Origin: Deltaproteobacteria bacterium
GTDB taxonomy: Bacteria; UBA10199; JADFYH01
Reading direction: 5' to 3'
DNA length: 64,000 bases
Assembly (NCBI GenBank): GCA_015233135.1
Contig: JADFYH010000002.1
Coordinates: forward strand, 43,102 to 107,101
Part shown: positions 1 through 10,570 of the stretch, piece after piece
Numbering within the stretch: position 1 is the stretch's first letter
How the letters are laid out: each line of letters starts with the position of its first letter
Made by a program: the position numbers and the translations under genes
Notes under the pieces: generated by a model
What the model saw: only the letters and a program-made list of their open reading frames with translations
Told to the model about the DNA's origin: nothing
The model's database searches: none

Positions 1-2493
1 GATCCGCGCGCAGGGCCTCCAGGTTCGCACGCTCCGCTGCAACTCGTGTTTCAGTGGGATAACAAGCCAAGGTTCTCAAATGCACTTCCACAGCGTCATT
101 GCTGGAAGGGGCCCTATGATTTACAATGTGCCTTTGGTGTGAGGTCCTCTCCAGGGAAGGCCAGCCTTGAGGATTCAGGCCCATTCGAAGCCAGAGGGTT
201 CGTACCCAATTGGCGGCAGAATGCCCGCCTGTGCTGCTTAAGGCCAAAGAAGGGAATACAGTGCTTTCCGTAATCACTTGAGCGGGATGGTGAAGACCGA
301 AATCATCCGGCTTTGGCATACGCGACCAGGCACCCAGAGGGATTGAGACTTCATGCAAAGGCATGCGACCCGTACGGGCCATTTGTCTTCTGGCAATAAT
401 AAAAGACCTTCCCCCCAGCGGTAAACTGATTACAGAAGAGTGGGGAGGATAAGGGAGCAATCCCAAAAAGCCCAGAGGTTCTGCATCAACCGACATGGTC
501 AATTCATCAAAAACATTTGCAGGATAACCTTCTGCTGCCATCTGCACCACTTGCGTCACCGCGCCATCGTACTCATGGGGTCTGCTTCCTACCGGCACCA
601 TGTAGGGCTCTAAGACTCGCGCAATAGGCTTTGGCAGAAGATTCATGAGTCCGTCTTTGCCCAAAATGGAACCCACCTTCCCACGCATCATGTGAACGAT
701 GTAAATCGCGAGAGAAAGAAAATCCCACCAGCTGCTGTGCTTCATGACATGGATGCTTCCTTCACGAGATAAAATATGCTCCACTTCACAAGGCCCCCGG
801 TAACTCACTCCCGTCGCCTCAAAGATCCTGGGTAATTTTGCCTGAGCCAGTCTGTAAAAAGTTCGATGGTTGGCCGCATTGGCCTCTGCGTTACTCATGC
901 GTGGAATAAGAGGAAGAAAGACCCTTAACAAAGGCCCTAAAGCCCTTGCGGTTTCCCAATAAGCTTTTCCCCTCTCTGCAGGACTTTTGCGCATGCCTTG
1001 TAGCTTGCTTAACTTATCTACATAAGGAGCAGAGAGAAGGCTGACCGCACCCAGAGGCGTCCCCTTGGGTAAAGATCTCTTCAGATCCCGACGAATCTCT
1101 TCTAAGGCCTTGAGAGAGGCCTCCAACAGACGATTATAATGGACACCATCGGCCTTGCCTTGGCCATAAGCAACTCCCCTGAAACGAACCAAAAGCGCCT
1201 CATAACGCGCAATCTTTGCCTCTATTATTTTTTGTTCTGCTTCAGGAATTAAACCGACATAACCCTCAATTTGCAAAAGTTGCAGTTGAAAATCGTCTGC
1301 AAAACTTTGTTGTTTGAAGGCATCGTGATCTGCATGAAAGGCATCATTCGCCTCCTGTGCCGCAGCAAAAGCTGCCTTGGTTTTTTCCAACAAGCCTCTT
1401 TTATCAGCGGCATAATCCGCCAGGGCAGCTGCTGCCTCCGGCAACTGAGCGGTGTCTGCGAGCCCAGAAAAAGAATCCCAAAAATCAAAACCAAGGCTTG
1501 CAATAATACTCTCCAAACGTTTTTCATACTCACCCTGGGCCGCAATATTCGTTTGATTTTTTCGGCGGGCCTTCTCTATCTCTTTGGCATAAACTTCCAA
1601 GGCAAGGATGTTTCGATGAAGTTCAGTACGAACCTCGTTTTCGTTTTTTCCTCTTTGACTTCTCACGGCAAAAGAATCGGTATTCTCTTTTAAAGAATTT
1701 AGACGCTCCGCCACCTGCTTTGCGGGCATGCCCAGCAAGGCCCTGCGCAAAAGATTCAACTCAATTTTCGCAATTTGCAAACGTCGGGCTAAAAGGGGAT
1801 TTTCCAAGAAGTTCTTCATGGCCTTTTGAAAAAGAGCCAACTCCGCTTTATAATCTACTCCATTAGGAGGGGTCGAACCATTGGGAGATTCAAGCTTAAC
1901 AAGACATCTTTCAAAGGCATCCAAGGGGTTTTCTTTTGCCGATTTTTCCTTATCTTTCGCCTTGGGGGCTTGATTTTTTAGAGCCTCTAACTGGGTATAA
2001 AAATGTTCCACCGCAGCCCTGAGCTGCTGGGTGGCGGGCTCATCCCTCAAACCGGGTTCCGATAAAAGCAGAAGATAATCCTGCTCACTTAAATCGTGTG
2101 GATTTTCAGCCATCGCCTGGCGTTGTTCTTCAGGAAAGAAATCCAGTCGTCGCAAAGCTTCGTCAATGGCTGCGCCATCCCCTAAAGCCTTCAATCCTCT
2201 TAAAACAGGGGAGGCCACCGCCCACTCACTAAAATCTCTTCCCAGTTCATTAGAACTTGTGTCCAAAAGATTATTTAACCTCTGCGCCTTGCCGTTCAGC
2301 AGCGCATAATCTACTGCAGGCATCTGGGTAAGCACGGCATTCAGTTTTTCGCTTTTCCCTTGTTGTTCTATGCGATGAACCATGTCCATAAAATGGGTCA
2401 TGGCGGCTTCGCGTATCGCTAGATCTGGGATTCTTGCCAGGACCTCTAAACGCCCCCTCAAAAAGGCCAGACTTTGAGCAGGAATTTTTGCAG
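1..2493 (-). CDS. Large hypothetical alpha-helical protein, 5'-partial in window (start ATG at 2491-2493; C-terminus beyond position 1). Not in the ORF track because there is no in-window stop.
   Basis: Manual translation of the minus strand from the ATG ATG at 2488-2493 (MMSAAKIPAQSLAFLRGRLEVLARIPDLAIREAAM...) runs open to position 1 (about 830 codons). It starts 16 bp downstream of the stop of the giant ORF on the same strand. Codon usage is coding-like. Confidence 0.55.
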
Positions 2494-2508
2494 CACTCAT
2501 CATTAAAT

Positions 2509-5500
2509 CTAATTGTCGAACAGTGGTGGGGGCTGGAACTGCAGGACTTTGTGCCGGTTCATACGGGGAATAACCGCAGGGATTTCATCGCCTGCATTCA
2601 CCCCCCTACCCGCACTTTGGAAAATTCCTGTTAACAATTTCTCTGAAGGATGAGCAGCTTTAAATCTTACACCCATTCTAGAAAGGACACCCTTGCCCCC
2701 CCTCTGAACTAAAAACACCGCAACACCCACAAGTGCCAGTGGCAGACCCGCTTCCTGCACCCCATCGGCTCCATGTAAAAAATGAGCCCCCGCTGCGGCC
2801 AAACTCGGAAAAGTTTCTGCGGCATAATGGAGTAATCTTTCTGAGGCCAGGCTAGAAGCTACACTCAGGGCAATCAGAAGAGCTTTGCCTTTGCTACCCG
2901 TAAGACTACGAACGACGGGCATCCCATCTCCACCCCTCTCCACTAATTCAGTAGGTTCACAGTCCTCAAGCTGTGTGCTATTCCTACTCCGCTCGGCTGC
3001 TGCCATCATCGTTACTCTTTCATCGGCTTCAACATACTCGCCATTGTGTGGATTAAATATCGTCCTTTTGCCTCGAAGAGCTTCTGGAGGAGGTTCAGCC
3101 ATCACATAATTTTTTTTAGGGTCACGTTCAAATTCAAACGAGGGGTCCAAGGGAGGAAGTTCAGGTAAAGCCTCAACTGTTGGAACCGCCAAGGGCAATT
3201 GCATTTCAAATGCCTCAGCTCTACGTCTTGCTGATGATAGTGGATTCAAGCTTATTCTATCGCTTGTAGCGACAGCCGGGGCGGGCATATCGGAAATTCT
3301 TTGGGGAACGCCAGCTCCTTGCTTACTTGAAAAACTAGGTCCAACATCAAAAGTGATATCTGCGGGTCCTACTTTCACCGAAAATTGGAAATGCCGTTTA
3401 AACTCGACACTTCCATCTGGATTTTGCACGCGGACCAGTTCAGCAGGATTAGCTCCTGCCAAAGTTTTGCCAGGTTCTATGACATTAAAATGATAGACTT
3501 TACCTTCAAGCCCTTGGACAAAAATAGTGCCCGACTCGCGCCAAATTTCAATTGCTGGCCTATAGCCGGATTTAGATTCGTAGGTGAGTTTTTGTCTTTC
3601 AATATCCAAATAAATTTTTCGATGAACCCCCTCACCCAAATGTTCAAAAGGATTTCCCAACGCTTGAGTAGTAGGCAACTCACCCAAGGCGGGGAAATCC
3701 ACGAAAGCGTGACATTCAATCTCTCCTCGTGCAATGCATCTCGCCATTCTCGCGGCATCCTCGTAGATCTTTGCAAGCGCGACTTGACCCGCTTCAAATT
3801 GTCGCATTCTTGCTTGATGAGCACGCAAACGAGGCCCTACAAGGGCTAGCAATCCTAACGCTAAAGCAGCAGGTAAACCATAGGTTAACAACTTCTCACC
3901 AAACGATGCAGAATGCAGCGCCACAAACTGCAAAGGATGAGCTTCGCCATCCCCTGCACGCAGCAAGGCAGAAGCCCCCAAAGCCAAAATGGCAGGCAAG
4001 GCCTTTAAGACTCCTCCCCGTTCTGAAGTGGCTGCTTGCGCTGCCTTTGCCGCCTCTTCTCTAATTCGATGACGAATCAAATGTTCGGCAAGTCCATCAA
4101 GCAGATCGGCATGAGGATAGGGATCTTTTTCACCCTCCACCGCAAATCGATAACCAGCGCCACTTGCATTGAGTTTCGCATAAACTTCTGCGCGCAATTG
4201 ACTGCAGGCAACCTCGAGTTCTGTTCCTTCTAGTTTTTCTAATTCGTGAAAAGTTTCAGGATTTTCAACTTTAACGGCAAGTTCCCTAAACAACGCAGTT
4301 AGGGCCTGTTCAGGTAAAGTTAAAGAGCGACTCAGTAGCCTCAAACAATGGTAGACCGATTGATAATGATTCCACCCCTCGACGATGGGGGGACTTGCTT
4401 CGATTTGATTAATCTCCGCCTTTGCAGCTGCAAACAAGCCTGGAAGCTCCTTTGGAGAAGCTTCGCGTAGGATAAAAACGCTAGAAATTCTCTCTGCACT
4501 CAAGGGCACAGCGGGGTCATAAGTTTCATCCACTCCCAGCCTCAAAGCCTCACGCGGGGCAAACAATTCAGTGATGCCATTGGGATTTTTTAAATTTCCA
4601 TCCGGATGGCGTGGCTCGGTACCTCGCACGTATACCTCGTTTCCAGGCACCAAATCATGCGCCAAAGCAAAGTGTTCGGTTTCGAATACCAGGGTATTGT
4701 GAGAGCCCCAGCGGTATTCATGAATGAGTTCACCCACATTCACCTTTTGCCCCACTTTAGGAAATACACGAGAGCTAGACACCAGGGCCGCGGAGGTGCA
4801 AACCATCGCGACACGGCCATGCCTGGGAGTTTTAATAGTGATCACTACTCGATGATTTTTACTTTGAAATTGAGTGCCTTCTCTGCCATCCAGATTCTCC
4901 ACCGCATTTTCCAAACGCAAGGCAGGATCCACCGTCTGTAAAACACCGGGGATCAGCTCCACACTTTCGATTTCTCCGGAAACAGGGGTTAACGTTTGAT
5001 GATAATCTTTAGGAGACAGATAAATTGCCATCGCGGTGAGCGACCTGCCTGCAAATTTGGCGGCCGTACTCTCCCCCAACCCTTCACGCAATTTTAAAAA
5101 GGCATCTCCATTTGGTTTTGCTTCTGTCACCGGCGCCTTACCGGCAAGGCGCACACCGGTATCCAACAAGTTTTCACCGCGCGCCACCCAATCTAAAACT
5201 CCATCGTGATGAGCCTGACCCAGATGAACCGGCAATCCGCCTTCGGGCAGCTTCAGCGCCCGCGTGAAGAAATCGTTAAAGGTACGAATGCCTTTCCAGT
5301 TAAAACGTTCGTCGTGCTCGATCTTAAATTTTTTCACCAAGATTGCACGCAAACTATGCAAAGCCTTCTCACCCCACATTTGAGACAATAAACCAGGAAA
5401 AGCATCTCGAACCTCGTCATAAATTCTACTTATTGGCACGGTAGAACAAAGCTGCTCCAAGGCGGCCGTGAGGGCAGGCGCATCCAATTTTTCGTTATAA

Positions 5501-8500
5501 AAATGATTGGCAGCCAGAAAGAGGCGGGATTTGGGATCTTTGACATCCCCCAAACGAACAAACTCTCTCGGCCAGGCATCCTGGGCATCGTATTGTACCG
5601 CTTCATAAAATTGCCCGGTGTGTTCGTCTCCAAGCATATGCTCTTCAGTTGCCCGACTGAGGGAATCTTGCTGCCAGGTGGAATCATCTACTTTTAATCG
5701 ACTCTCTCCATTTACAGTATGCCTATATCCGTCTACGCTTTGGAGTTCCGGATGAGTAGGCATGTAGTCTTGAGGGCCCTTCACTCCGGGATGGTTCCAT
5801 TCGCTCAACAAGGCCGTGTTCTCCAAACGACGCTCTGTCCACAGATGCCGATAAACTCCAACCGCCAGACCTGCCCCCAAGGTGAGGAGATGAGGCACTT
5901 GAGAAACAAGAGACTCGCCTAACACCAAAGTTTTGGTGGCAATAGAAGACACGCCTAAAAGCAAAGCGGCATAACCAAACTTGCGGTAAGAACCTTTTGT
6001 GAAAGGATGAATGAAGCCACTGAGTAAAGAAGGGACTAACCCTATAATTCCTCCCAAACCCGCTGAGGTAGAGAGCATGGTCAATCCCGTATGAATTCCC
6101 GCTTCAATTTTATTCCACTTGGATTGGCTCTCTCTTTGTTCAGGCGTCCAATCGGCATTTCCTTTTCTGCGATCCAGGCGACGACGATTCACCAGATGTG
6201 CGATCCCCCCCACCAAAGCCAGAGTCACCAAGTGCCCTGGAGTGCTGGCCAGCAAAAAATGCCCCGCGTTTTGTAAAAAGTGGGTCAAGGCAGAAGTGGT
6301 CTCCGCTACAACGGGATGCAACTCTTGCGCCTGGGCCTCAGCGGGTTGAATCAAATGGGTAAATCCAAAAACTCCCACCACCGAGGCAACAGAAACCAAG
6401 GATTGTTTTAAAAATTGACCGGCTGACGCGCCCCTCTCCCTGACCCTCTCCCTCAAGGGGAGAGGGAAATTAGATTTTCCTTCCCCTTGAGGGGAAGGTG
6501 CCTGTAAGGCGGATGAGGTAAGGGCTTCTGAATTGGGATTCACGGCATCAGAATTGGAAATCGGATTGGCATCCAATTGCACACTCCCCTCCTCTGCCCC
6601 TGAGGTAGCTTCTCCCCGAGGAGAAGGGAAGACCGTCTCCACAAAATGCACGGCATCCCCATCGAAGGCCACACGCACTTCATCTCTTTGATGCCGCGCA
6701 GAAAGATCCCGAGCCTGCGTTGCACTTAATCTTTCTCTCAAGGCCATGCGCAGCAAATCGGCTTTGGAAGGCACTCTGACGCTTTCGCGATGAGCGACAC
6801 CTAGACGGGCAGGATGAGAAGCTTGCGCGTGTAAAACATCGAGTGCATTTAAAAGTTCCACAAAACCTTCCAAACGACGAATTTGGGTGGCACGTAATAC
6901 AAAGCTTGCAGACCCACTCACCAAAGATTTTGCAAAACGATTAAAAATCTCCCGTGCTTCCGTGCCAGAAAAATTTTGAAGATAGGCATGCATTTGCGCA
7001 AAATATTGCGCAGGAATTCCACCATTCATGCTGCGTGATAAAAATCGGCTCCGTTCTTCTTCACTCAAATGAAAATTATGACTTTGCTCAATCAAATTTT
7101 CCAGCGAATGCCCACGGGCCTGATATTCCAGCGCTTCAGCGATAATACGTGTGCGTTCATCCAGAGAAAAAGTAGTCAGAGGAAGATTCCCCATTTCTCG
7201 CGAATACACTTCATCAATAAGGGCCACCCGCTCGCGTAAAATTTGACCGACTTCTTCAGGGCTTAAGGCCGCATGAATATCCAGCTGCAAATTCTGACGA
7301 TAGGCCGGCACATTTCCCTGTTCTATCCCATGCAGCACCGCCAAAATGCGTCCACCGTCCGCAGAAAGAGGGTCTAATCTTAATCGCTCAAAAAGATTTC
7401 CATATCGAGGCAGAGTCTCTTTCATGTGGTGAATGGCTTCCCAGCGGTGTTTTAAAGGTCCCAAGACGGGAAGATGCCCAGTGATGCGACCGGCAAGGTC
7501 CATCTGCCCCGCTTCAATTGCTTTTCCGGCGAGCCAGGTTCCCCAGGAGGCGGTTTCTTCGTGTTCTCGCAAACCTACGGCTTCTTGCGCTTTGTCGGCG
7601 GTTAAAAATCCAAGCAGAGTAGAACCCACAAAGTTGGCACTGCCCAAACCCGCTTCGGCGGAATGCACCAATCCCCGCTGAGCCAGGGCAGAGAAGGCAG
7701 AGGAGTCGATCAAACGCACGGCACCTGATCTTAACGGTTTGATAATCCGTGAACCAAACAGCTCTCCATGCCCATGACAGGCCAAAAACATCACCAGGTT
7801 CGACAGATATTTTTTTGAAAGATGATAAGCCCCCAAATTCTCATGACGCCAATTTTGAAAGGCGAGTCGATGATGCGCCGGATCGTGCCTGCTTTGACGA
7901 TAGGCCTGGGCCGCACCGAGGGCGGTTTCCAGACCCACGAACACTGCGGCTTCGCCGGCCTTCATCGCCAGGGTACAAAGCAAACGCCCCCCTAAGCTGG
8001 CACCGATTCGGGCAGAGAAAAGCCCACCAAACATGAAAGGCAAAAGGAAAGAGGCATTCGACCAAACACTGGCCTCCCCATGAATGGGCAGCATCTCAGA
8101 GGCACTGGAAAGCACCCCATTCATTTGGGCACGGTGGCGCAAAAGGTCTTGAAGACCTGAAACCTGATCGGCTGGGGCCCCATTTTCTTGCAACAAAGAA
8201 CAAAGCGACAAAGAAACCTGCGCGGCGTTAAAACGAGAATGAGAGAGCTCTAAGGTGAAGGCCTCCAGATTGGCATTCACCTGCACGGCAGAGAGACCAG
8301 CGACCGAATTGGCATTGATGAAATTCAAGACGAGTTGTCCTATCGAAGTTGCAGAGGCCCTATCTTCGTTGCCTAGCAGGTGGTTGACGGAGGCTTCGAT
8401 GTTAAAGGCAGGCGCCTCGGCGGAATGCTCAAAAAATTCTCTGAGGTGAGTAAATCGAGTTTCCGTCGCAGAGCCCAGTAAAGTTTGCATCGCCTGAGCT

Positions 8501-10428
8501 ACCGTCAAACGATGTTCTGCCTCGGCTGAAGTGAGACGACTAATTTCCTGGATGAATAAATCTTTTTCCGCATTCAAGGCTTCCGCTGTATCTGCCCCTT
8601 CGGAAGCAAGGATCCCGACTTGATGATTGAGTGCAACATCGAGCACACGCAGCAGAGTGGCCGATCTCAGGCTGGCACGCTGGCTATTGACCTGGGTTTG
8701 CAGTTCGTGAGCCAGTTGATTTTCGGGATGCTGCAGCACCATGGCCTCTAGTCGGGACGAAATTTGATCCAGCCGATCTGCCGTGAGCTCATGGGTTTCC
8801 ATCCGAAGCACAGGAAGCACTTGAGCGAGCTCTGTGAGACCGCGTTGCTCTTCGGCACCAAGCCTTGCCCTGCCACGATTTCCGGCCGCGGCACAAAGTG
8901 CTCCGAGACTATCCAAGGCCTGTAAGGCTTCGCTATTCATTCCAACGCGGGTATAAATTTGGGCCAGTTCACGATAAAGCCGGGCATTCGCCAAATTGGG
9001 AGTTTTGTTCGCCAGCTGTTCCGAGACCCTTGCACCCAATTCCCGAACGGCGTCTTGAAGTCCAAAAGAAGCGAGGATCTGCAGGGCCTGTGAGGCATTC
9101 TGAAAACTTTGAGTGGACCAGCAACGACTGCTGTTCGCATTGGGAGCCAGTTGATGAGCGATCAGGGTTTGTCTGAAGAAAGTGTCGGCTGAGATGCTAT
9201 CGAGCTGACTGAGACGTTCTTGCCTTTGAGCCTCCGTCCCCGAAGAAAGATAAGCCTCAAAATCGTTCACCGCTTGCTCCGACAAACGGCCGTAGGCCTG
9301 GCGCGAAAGCCCGGAAAATTCTCTACGAAAAAGATCTCGACCCACAGACGTTTGGGCATAATTTCGAATGAGAGTTCTTAAAATTTCTTGTCCCTGTGCA
9401 GAGAGTGAAGCCCGTGAAAGCGATAAGGTTCGAAGCGCTTCCACACTGGCACTGTGACCAGAATGTTGGATGGTGTGTAAGGCAATGGCCGCAACCCTTT
9501 GGCGTTGTTGGGTCAGCCGTTCCGTCACTTGCGCGCGACGTTCGGCCAGTTGAGTAGGGTTAAGGTGATTCCGTGCCCAGTTTCCAATCGACAAAACCGT
9601 GTGAGCCGTGGCGGTGGCCATCTCATGGGCTAAATCACTGATACTTTTTTCATGATTTGGAGTTTGAGTTTCGCTGAGGTTGCGAGCCGTCAAAAAATCG
9701 ATGTCGGCCAAATAATTATTTTCCAGGCTCTCCCGCAGGGTTTCATTGTGAGCAACAAATTGATCGACCTGTAAAAAAGCGAGAGCAGTTTCGGCGGAAA
9801 CCGAAAAAAGAGAAGCCGCAGAATAAAGCTCCGCGCGCAAATGCAGCAGCTGGCCTATCACCTGCGCTTGCAGTTCTTGGGGCGCAGTCGCCGCATGAGC
9901 CAGAAATTGGGTGGCTGCCATCAGCTCCTGAGCCCGTTCGGTCACATCGTGAGAGGGATGCGACAGAACTTGAGTGATCCGCTCAAAACCACTTTGCAAA
10001 ATGCCTTGGGCATAAGAGGTGCCTTCAAGCGCGGCAGCCAATTGGCGTCTAAGCTGCAGCTGTTGTGGCACAGCCAGGCTTCGACTCTCTTCCGAAAAAC
10101 CTTGAAGGATTTCCGTAATTTTTGTTTCATCTCCCAATTCAACCAAACTGGGGAGAAGCATCAAAAGGGCTTCCTGCCTATCTCTGCCCTGAAGATTTTG
10201 GTGAATGAAATGGAGGCGGTCCCGAGTAAACTCTCTCAAGTTTTCCTGTTCGCCCGAGGAAGCGAATCTTCTGGCCACAATAGCGGCCGGTACTGTTGTT
10301 GCCGGCAACAAGGGAACCACACTTAAATTTCGTGGGGGGGAACCAGGCTCTCCTCCAGAAGAAGTCGCATTGACAGAACTTTCCGGGAGTGAAAAAGGAG
10401 AAACAGCAGGAAGAATTCGAATAGCCAT
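2509..10428 (-). CDS. Giant (2639 aa) multi-domain membrane protein with an embedded phosphatidylserine decarboxylase-like domain (encoded at about 4650-5320).
   Basis: Single uninterrupted 7.9-kb ORF. Central hydrophobic multi-TM stretch. PSD hallmark motifs occur in canonical order and spacing: FNDFFTR, YLSPKDYHQ, and the G-S of YRWGSHNTLVFE at the position of the LGST self-cleavage site. Intervening similarity to E. coli Psd (IPGVLQTVD vs VPGDLFSVN). Confidence 0.8.
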   Translation of the reverse strand: MAIRILPAVSPFSLPESSVNATSSGGEPGSPPRNLSVVPLLPATTVPAAIVARRFASSGEQENLREFTRDRLHFIHQNLQGRDRQEALLMLLPSLVELGDETKITEILQGFSEESRSLAVPQQLQLRRQLAAALEGTSYAQGILQSGFERITQVLSHPSHDVTERAQELMAATQFLAHAATAPQELQAQVIGQLLHLRAELYSAASLFSVSAETALAFLQVDQFVAHNETLRESLENNYLADIDFLTARNLSETQTPNHEKSISDLAHEMATATAHTVLSIGNWARNHLNPTQLAERRAQVTERLTQQRQRVAAIALHTIQHSGHSASVEALRTLSLSRASLSAQGQEILRTLIRNYAQTSVGRDLFRREFSGLSRQAYGRLSEQAVNDFEAYLSSGTEAQRQERLSQLDSISADTFFRQTLIAHQLAPNANSSRCWSTQSFQNASQALQILASFGLQDAVRELGARVSEQLANKTPNLANARLYRELAQIYTRVGMNSEALQALDSLGALCAAAGNRGRARLGAEEQRGLTELAQVLPVLRMETHELTADRLDQISSRLEAMVLQHPENQLAHELQTQVNSQRASLRSATLLRVLDVALNHQVGILASEGADTAEALNAEKDLFIQEISRLTSAEAEHRLTVAQAMQTLLGSATETRFTHLREFFEHSAEAPAFNIEASVNHLLGNEDRASATSIGQLVLNFINANSVAGLSAVQVNANLEAFTLELSHSRFNAAQVSLSLCSLLQENGAPADQVSGLQDLLRHRAQMNGVLSSASEMLPIHGEASVWSNASFLLPFMFGGLFSARIGASLGGRLLCTLAMKAGEAAVFVGLETALGAAQAYRQSRHDPAHHRLAFQNWRHENLGAYHLSKKYLSNLVMFLACHGHGELFGSRIIKPLRSGAVRLIDSSAFSALAQRGLVHSAEAGLGSANFVGSTLLGFLTADKAQEAVGLREHEETASWGTWLAGKAIEAGQMDLAGRITGHLPVLGPLKHRWEAIHHMKETLPRYGNLFERLRLDPLSADGGRILAVLHGIEQGNVPAYRQNLQLDIHAALSPEEVGQILRERVALIDEVYSREMGNLPLTTFSLDERTRIIAEALEYQARGHSLENLIEQSHNFHLSEEERSRFLSRSMNGGIPAQYFAQMHAYLQNFSGTEAREIFNRFAKSLVSGSASFVLRATQIRRLEGFVELLNALDVLHAQASHPARLGVAHRESVRVPSKADLLRMALRERLSATQARDLSARHQRDEVRVAFDGDAVHFVETVFPSPRGEATSGAEEGSVQLDANPISNSDAVNPNSEALTSSALQAPSPQGEGKSNFPLPLRERVRERGASAGQFLKQSLVSVASVVGVFGFTHLIQPAEAQAQELHPVVAETTSALTHFLQNAGHFLLASTPGHLVTLALVGGIAHLVNRRRLDRRKGNADWTPEQRESQSKWNKIEAGIHTGLTMLSTSAGLGGIIGLVPSLLSGFIHPFTKGSYRKFGYAALLLGVSSIATKTLVLGESLVSQVPHLLTLGAGLAVGVYRHLWTERRLENTALLSEWNHPGVKGPQDYMPTHPELQSVDGYRHTVNGESRLKVDDSTWQQDSLSRATEEHMLGDEHTGQFYEAVQYDAQDAWPREFVRLGDVKDPKSRLFLAANHFYNEKLDAPALTAALEQLCSTVPISRIYDEVRDAFPGLLSQMWGEKALHSLRAILVKKFKIEHDERFNWKGIRTFNDFFTRALKLPEGGLPVHLGQAHHDGVLDWVARGENLLDTGVRLAGKAPVTEAKPNGDAFLKLREGLGESTAAKFAGRSLTAMAIYLSPKDYHQTLTPVSGEIESVELIPGVLQTVDPALRLENAVENLDGREGTQFQSKNHRVVITIKTPRHGRVAMVCTSAALVSSSRVFPKVGQKVNVGELIHEYRWGSHNTLVFETEHFALAHDLVPGNEVYVRGTEPRHPDGNLKNPNGITELFAPREALRLGVDETYDPAVPLSAERISSVFILREASPKELPGLFAAAKAEINQIEASPPIVEGWNHYQSVYHCLRLLSRSLTLPEQALTALFRELAVKVENPETFHELEKLEGTELEVACSQLRAEVYAKLNASGAGYRFAVEGEKDPYPHADLLDGLAEHLIRHRIREEAAKAAQAATSERGGVLKALPAILALGASALLRAGDGEAHPLQFVALHSASFGEKLLTYGLPAALALGLLALVGPRLRAHQARMRQFEAGQVALAKIYEDAARMARCIARGEIECHAFVDFPALGELPTTQALGNPFEHLGEGVHRKIYLDIERQKLTYESKSGYRPAIEIWRESGTIFVQGLEGKVYHFNVIEPGKTLAGANPAELVRVQNPDGSVEFKRHFQFSVKVGPADITFDVGPSFSSKQGAGVPQRISDMPAPAVATSDRISLNPLSSARRRAEAFEMQLPLAVPTVEALPELPPLDPSFEFERDPKKNYVMAEPPPEALRGKRTIFNPHNGEYVEADERVTMMAAAERSRNSTQLEDCEPTELVERGGDGMPVVRSLTGSKGKALLIALSVASSLASERLLHYAAETFPSLAAAGAHFLHGADGVQEAGLPLALVGVAVFLVQRGGKGVLSRMGVRFKAAHPSEKLLTGIFQSAGRGVNAGDEIPAVIPRMNRHKVLQFQPPPLFDN
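6431..6500. repeat. REP-like GC-rich palindromic element (ccctctccc...gggagaggg family) inserted in frame within the giant ORF.
   Basis: cccctctccctgaccctctccctcaaggggagaggg followed by ttccttccccttgaggggaagg. Same family as copies at 15511, 16597, 33283, 35166 and 41954. Encodes PLPLRERVRERG in the protein. Confidence 0.6.
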
Positions 10429-10570
10429 TTTGGAATCCTCGGTTATTTTTGACTTGTTATTAGTTTTAGGGGGCAGGCCCCTCTACCTCTATTGGGAAGT
10501 GGTCGGCAATTATTAAAAAAAGTTGCTAAAAAAATGCATCCTGTCTCATTTTTTTTATAAAGGTTAAAAA

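Noticed and set aside
640-760. H-x4-D motif (VMKHSSWWDFLSL) in the partial downstream ORF, which briefly suggested a PlsC/LPLAT acyltransferase partner for the PSD protein.
   Set aside because: HX4D is expected by chance about once in an 800-aa protein. No FPEGTR or VPVVP-type motifs are present at appropriate spacing, so there is no support.
7100-7400. Possible CHAT/caspase-like His (FLACHGHG) in the giant protein.
   Set aside because: The putative Cys position is occupied by Glu/Ser (LVHSAEAG). The similarity is weak and there is no catalytic dyad.
3385-9176. Numerous 60-160-aa ORFs on the plus strand (and nested minus-strand ones) inside the giant gene, and similar antisense ORFs inside thrS, pheT, rpsA, guaA and other genes.
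   Set aside because: They lie antisense or out of frame within long, well-supported genes and have no SDs. Typical spurious ORFs.
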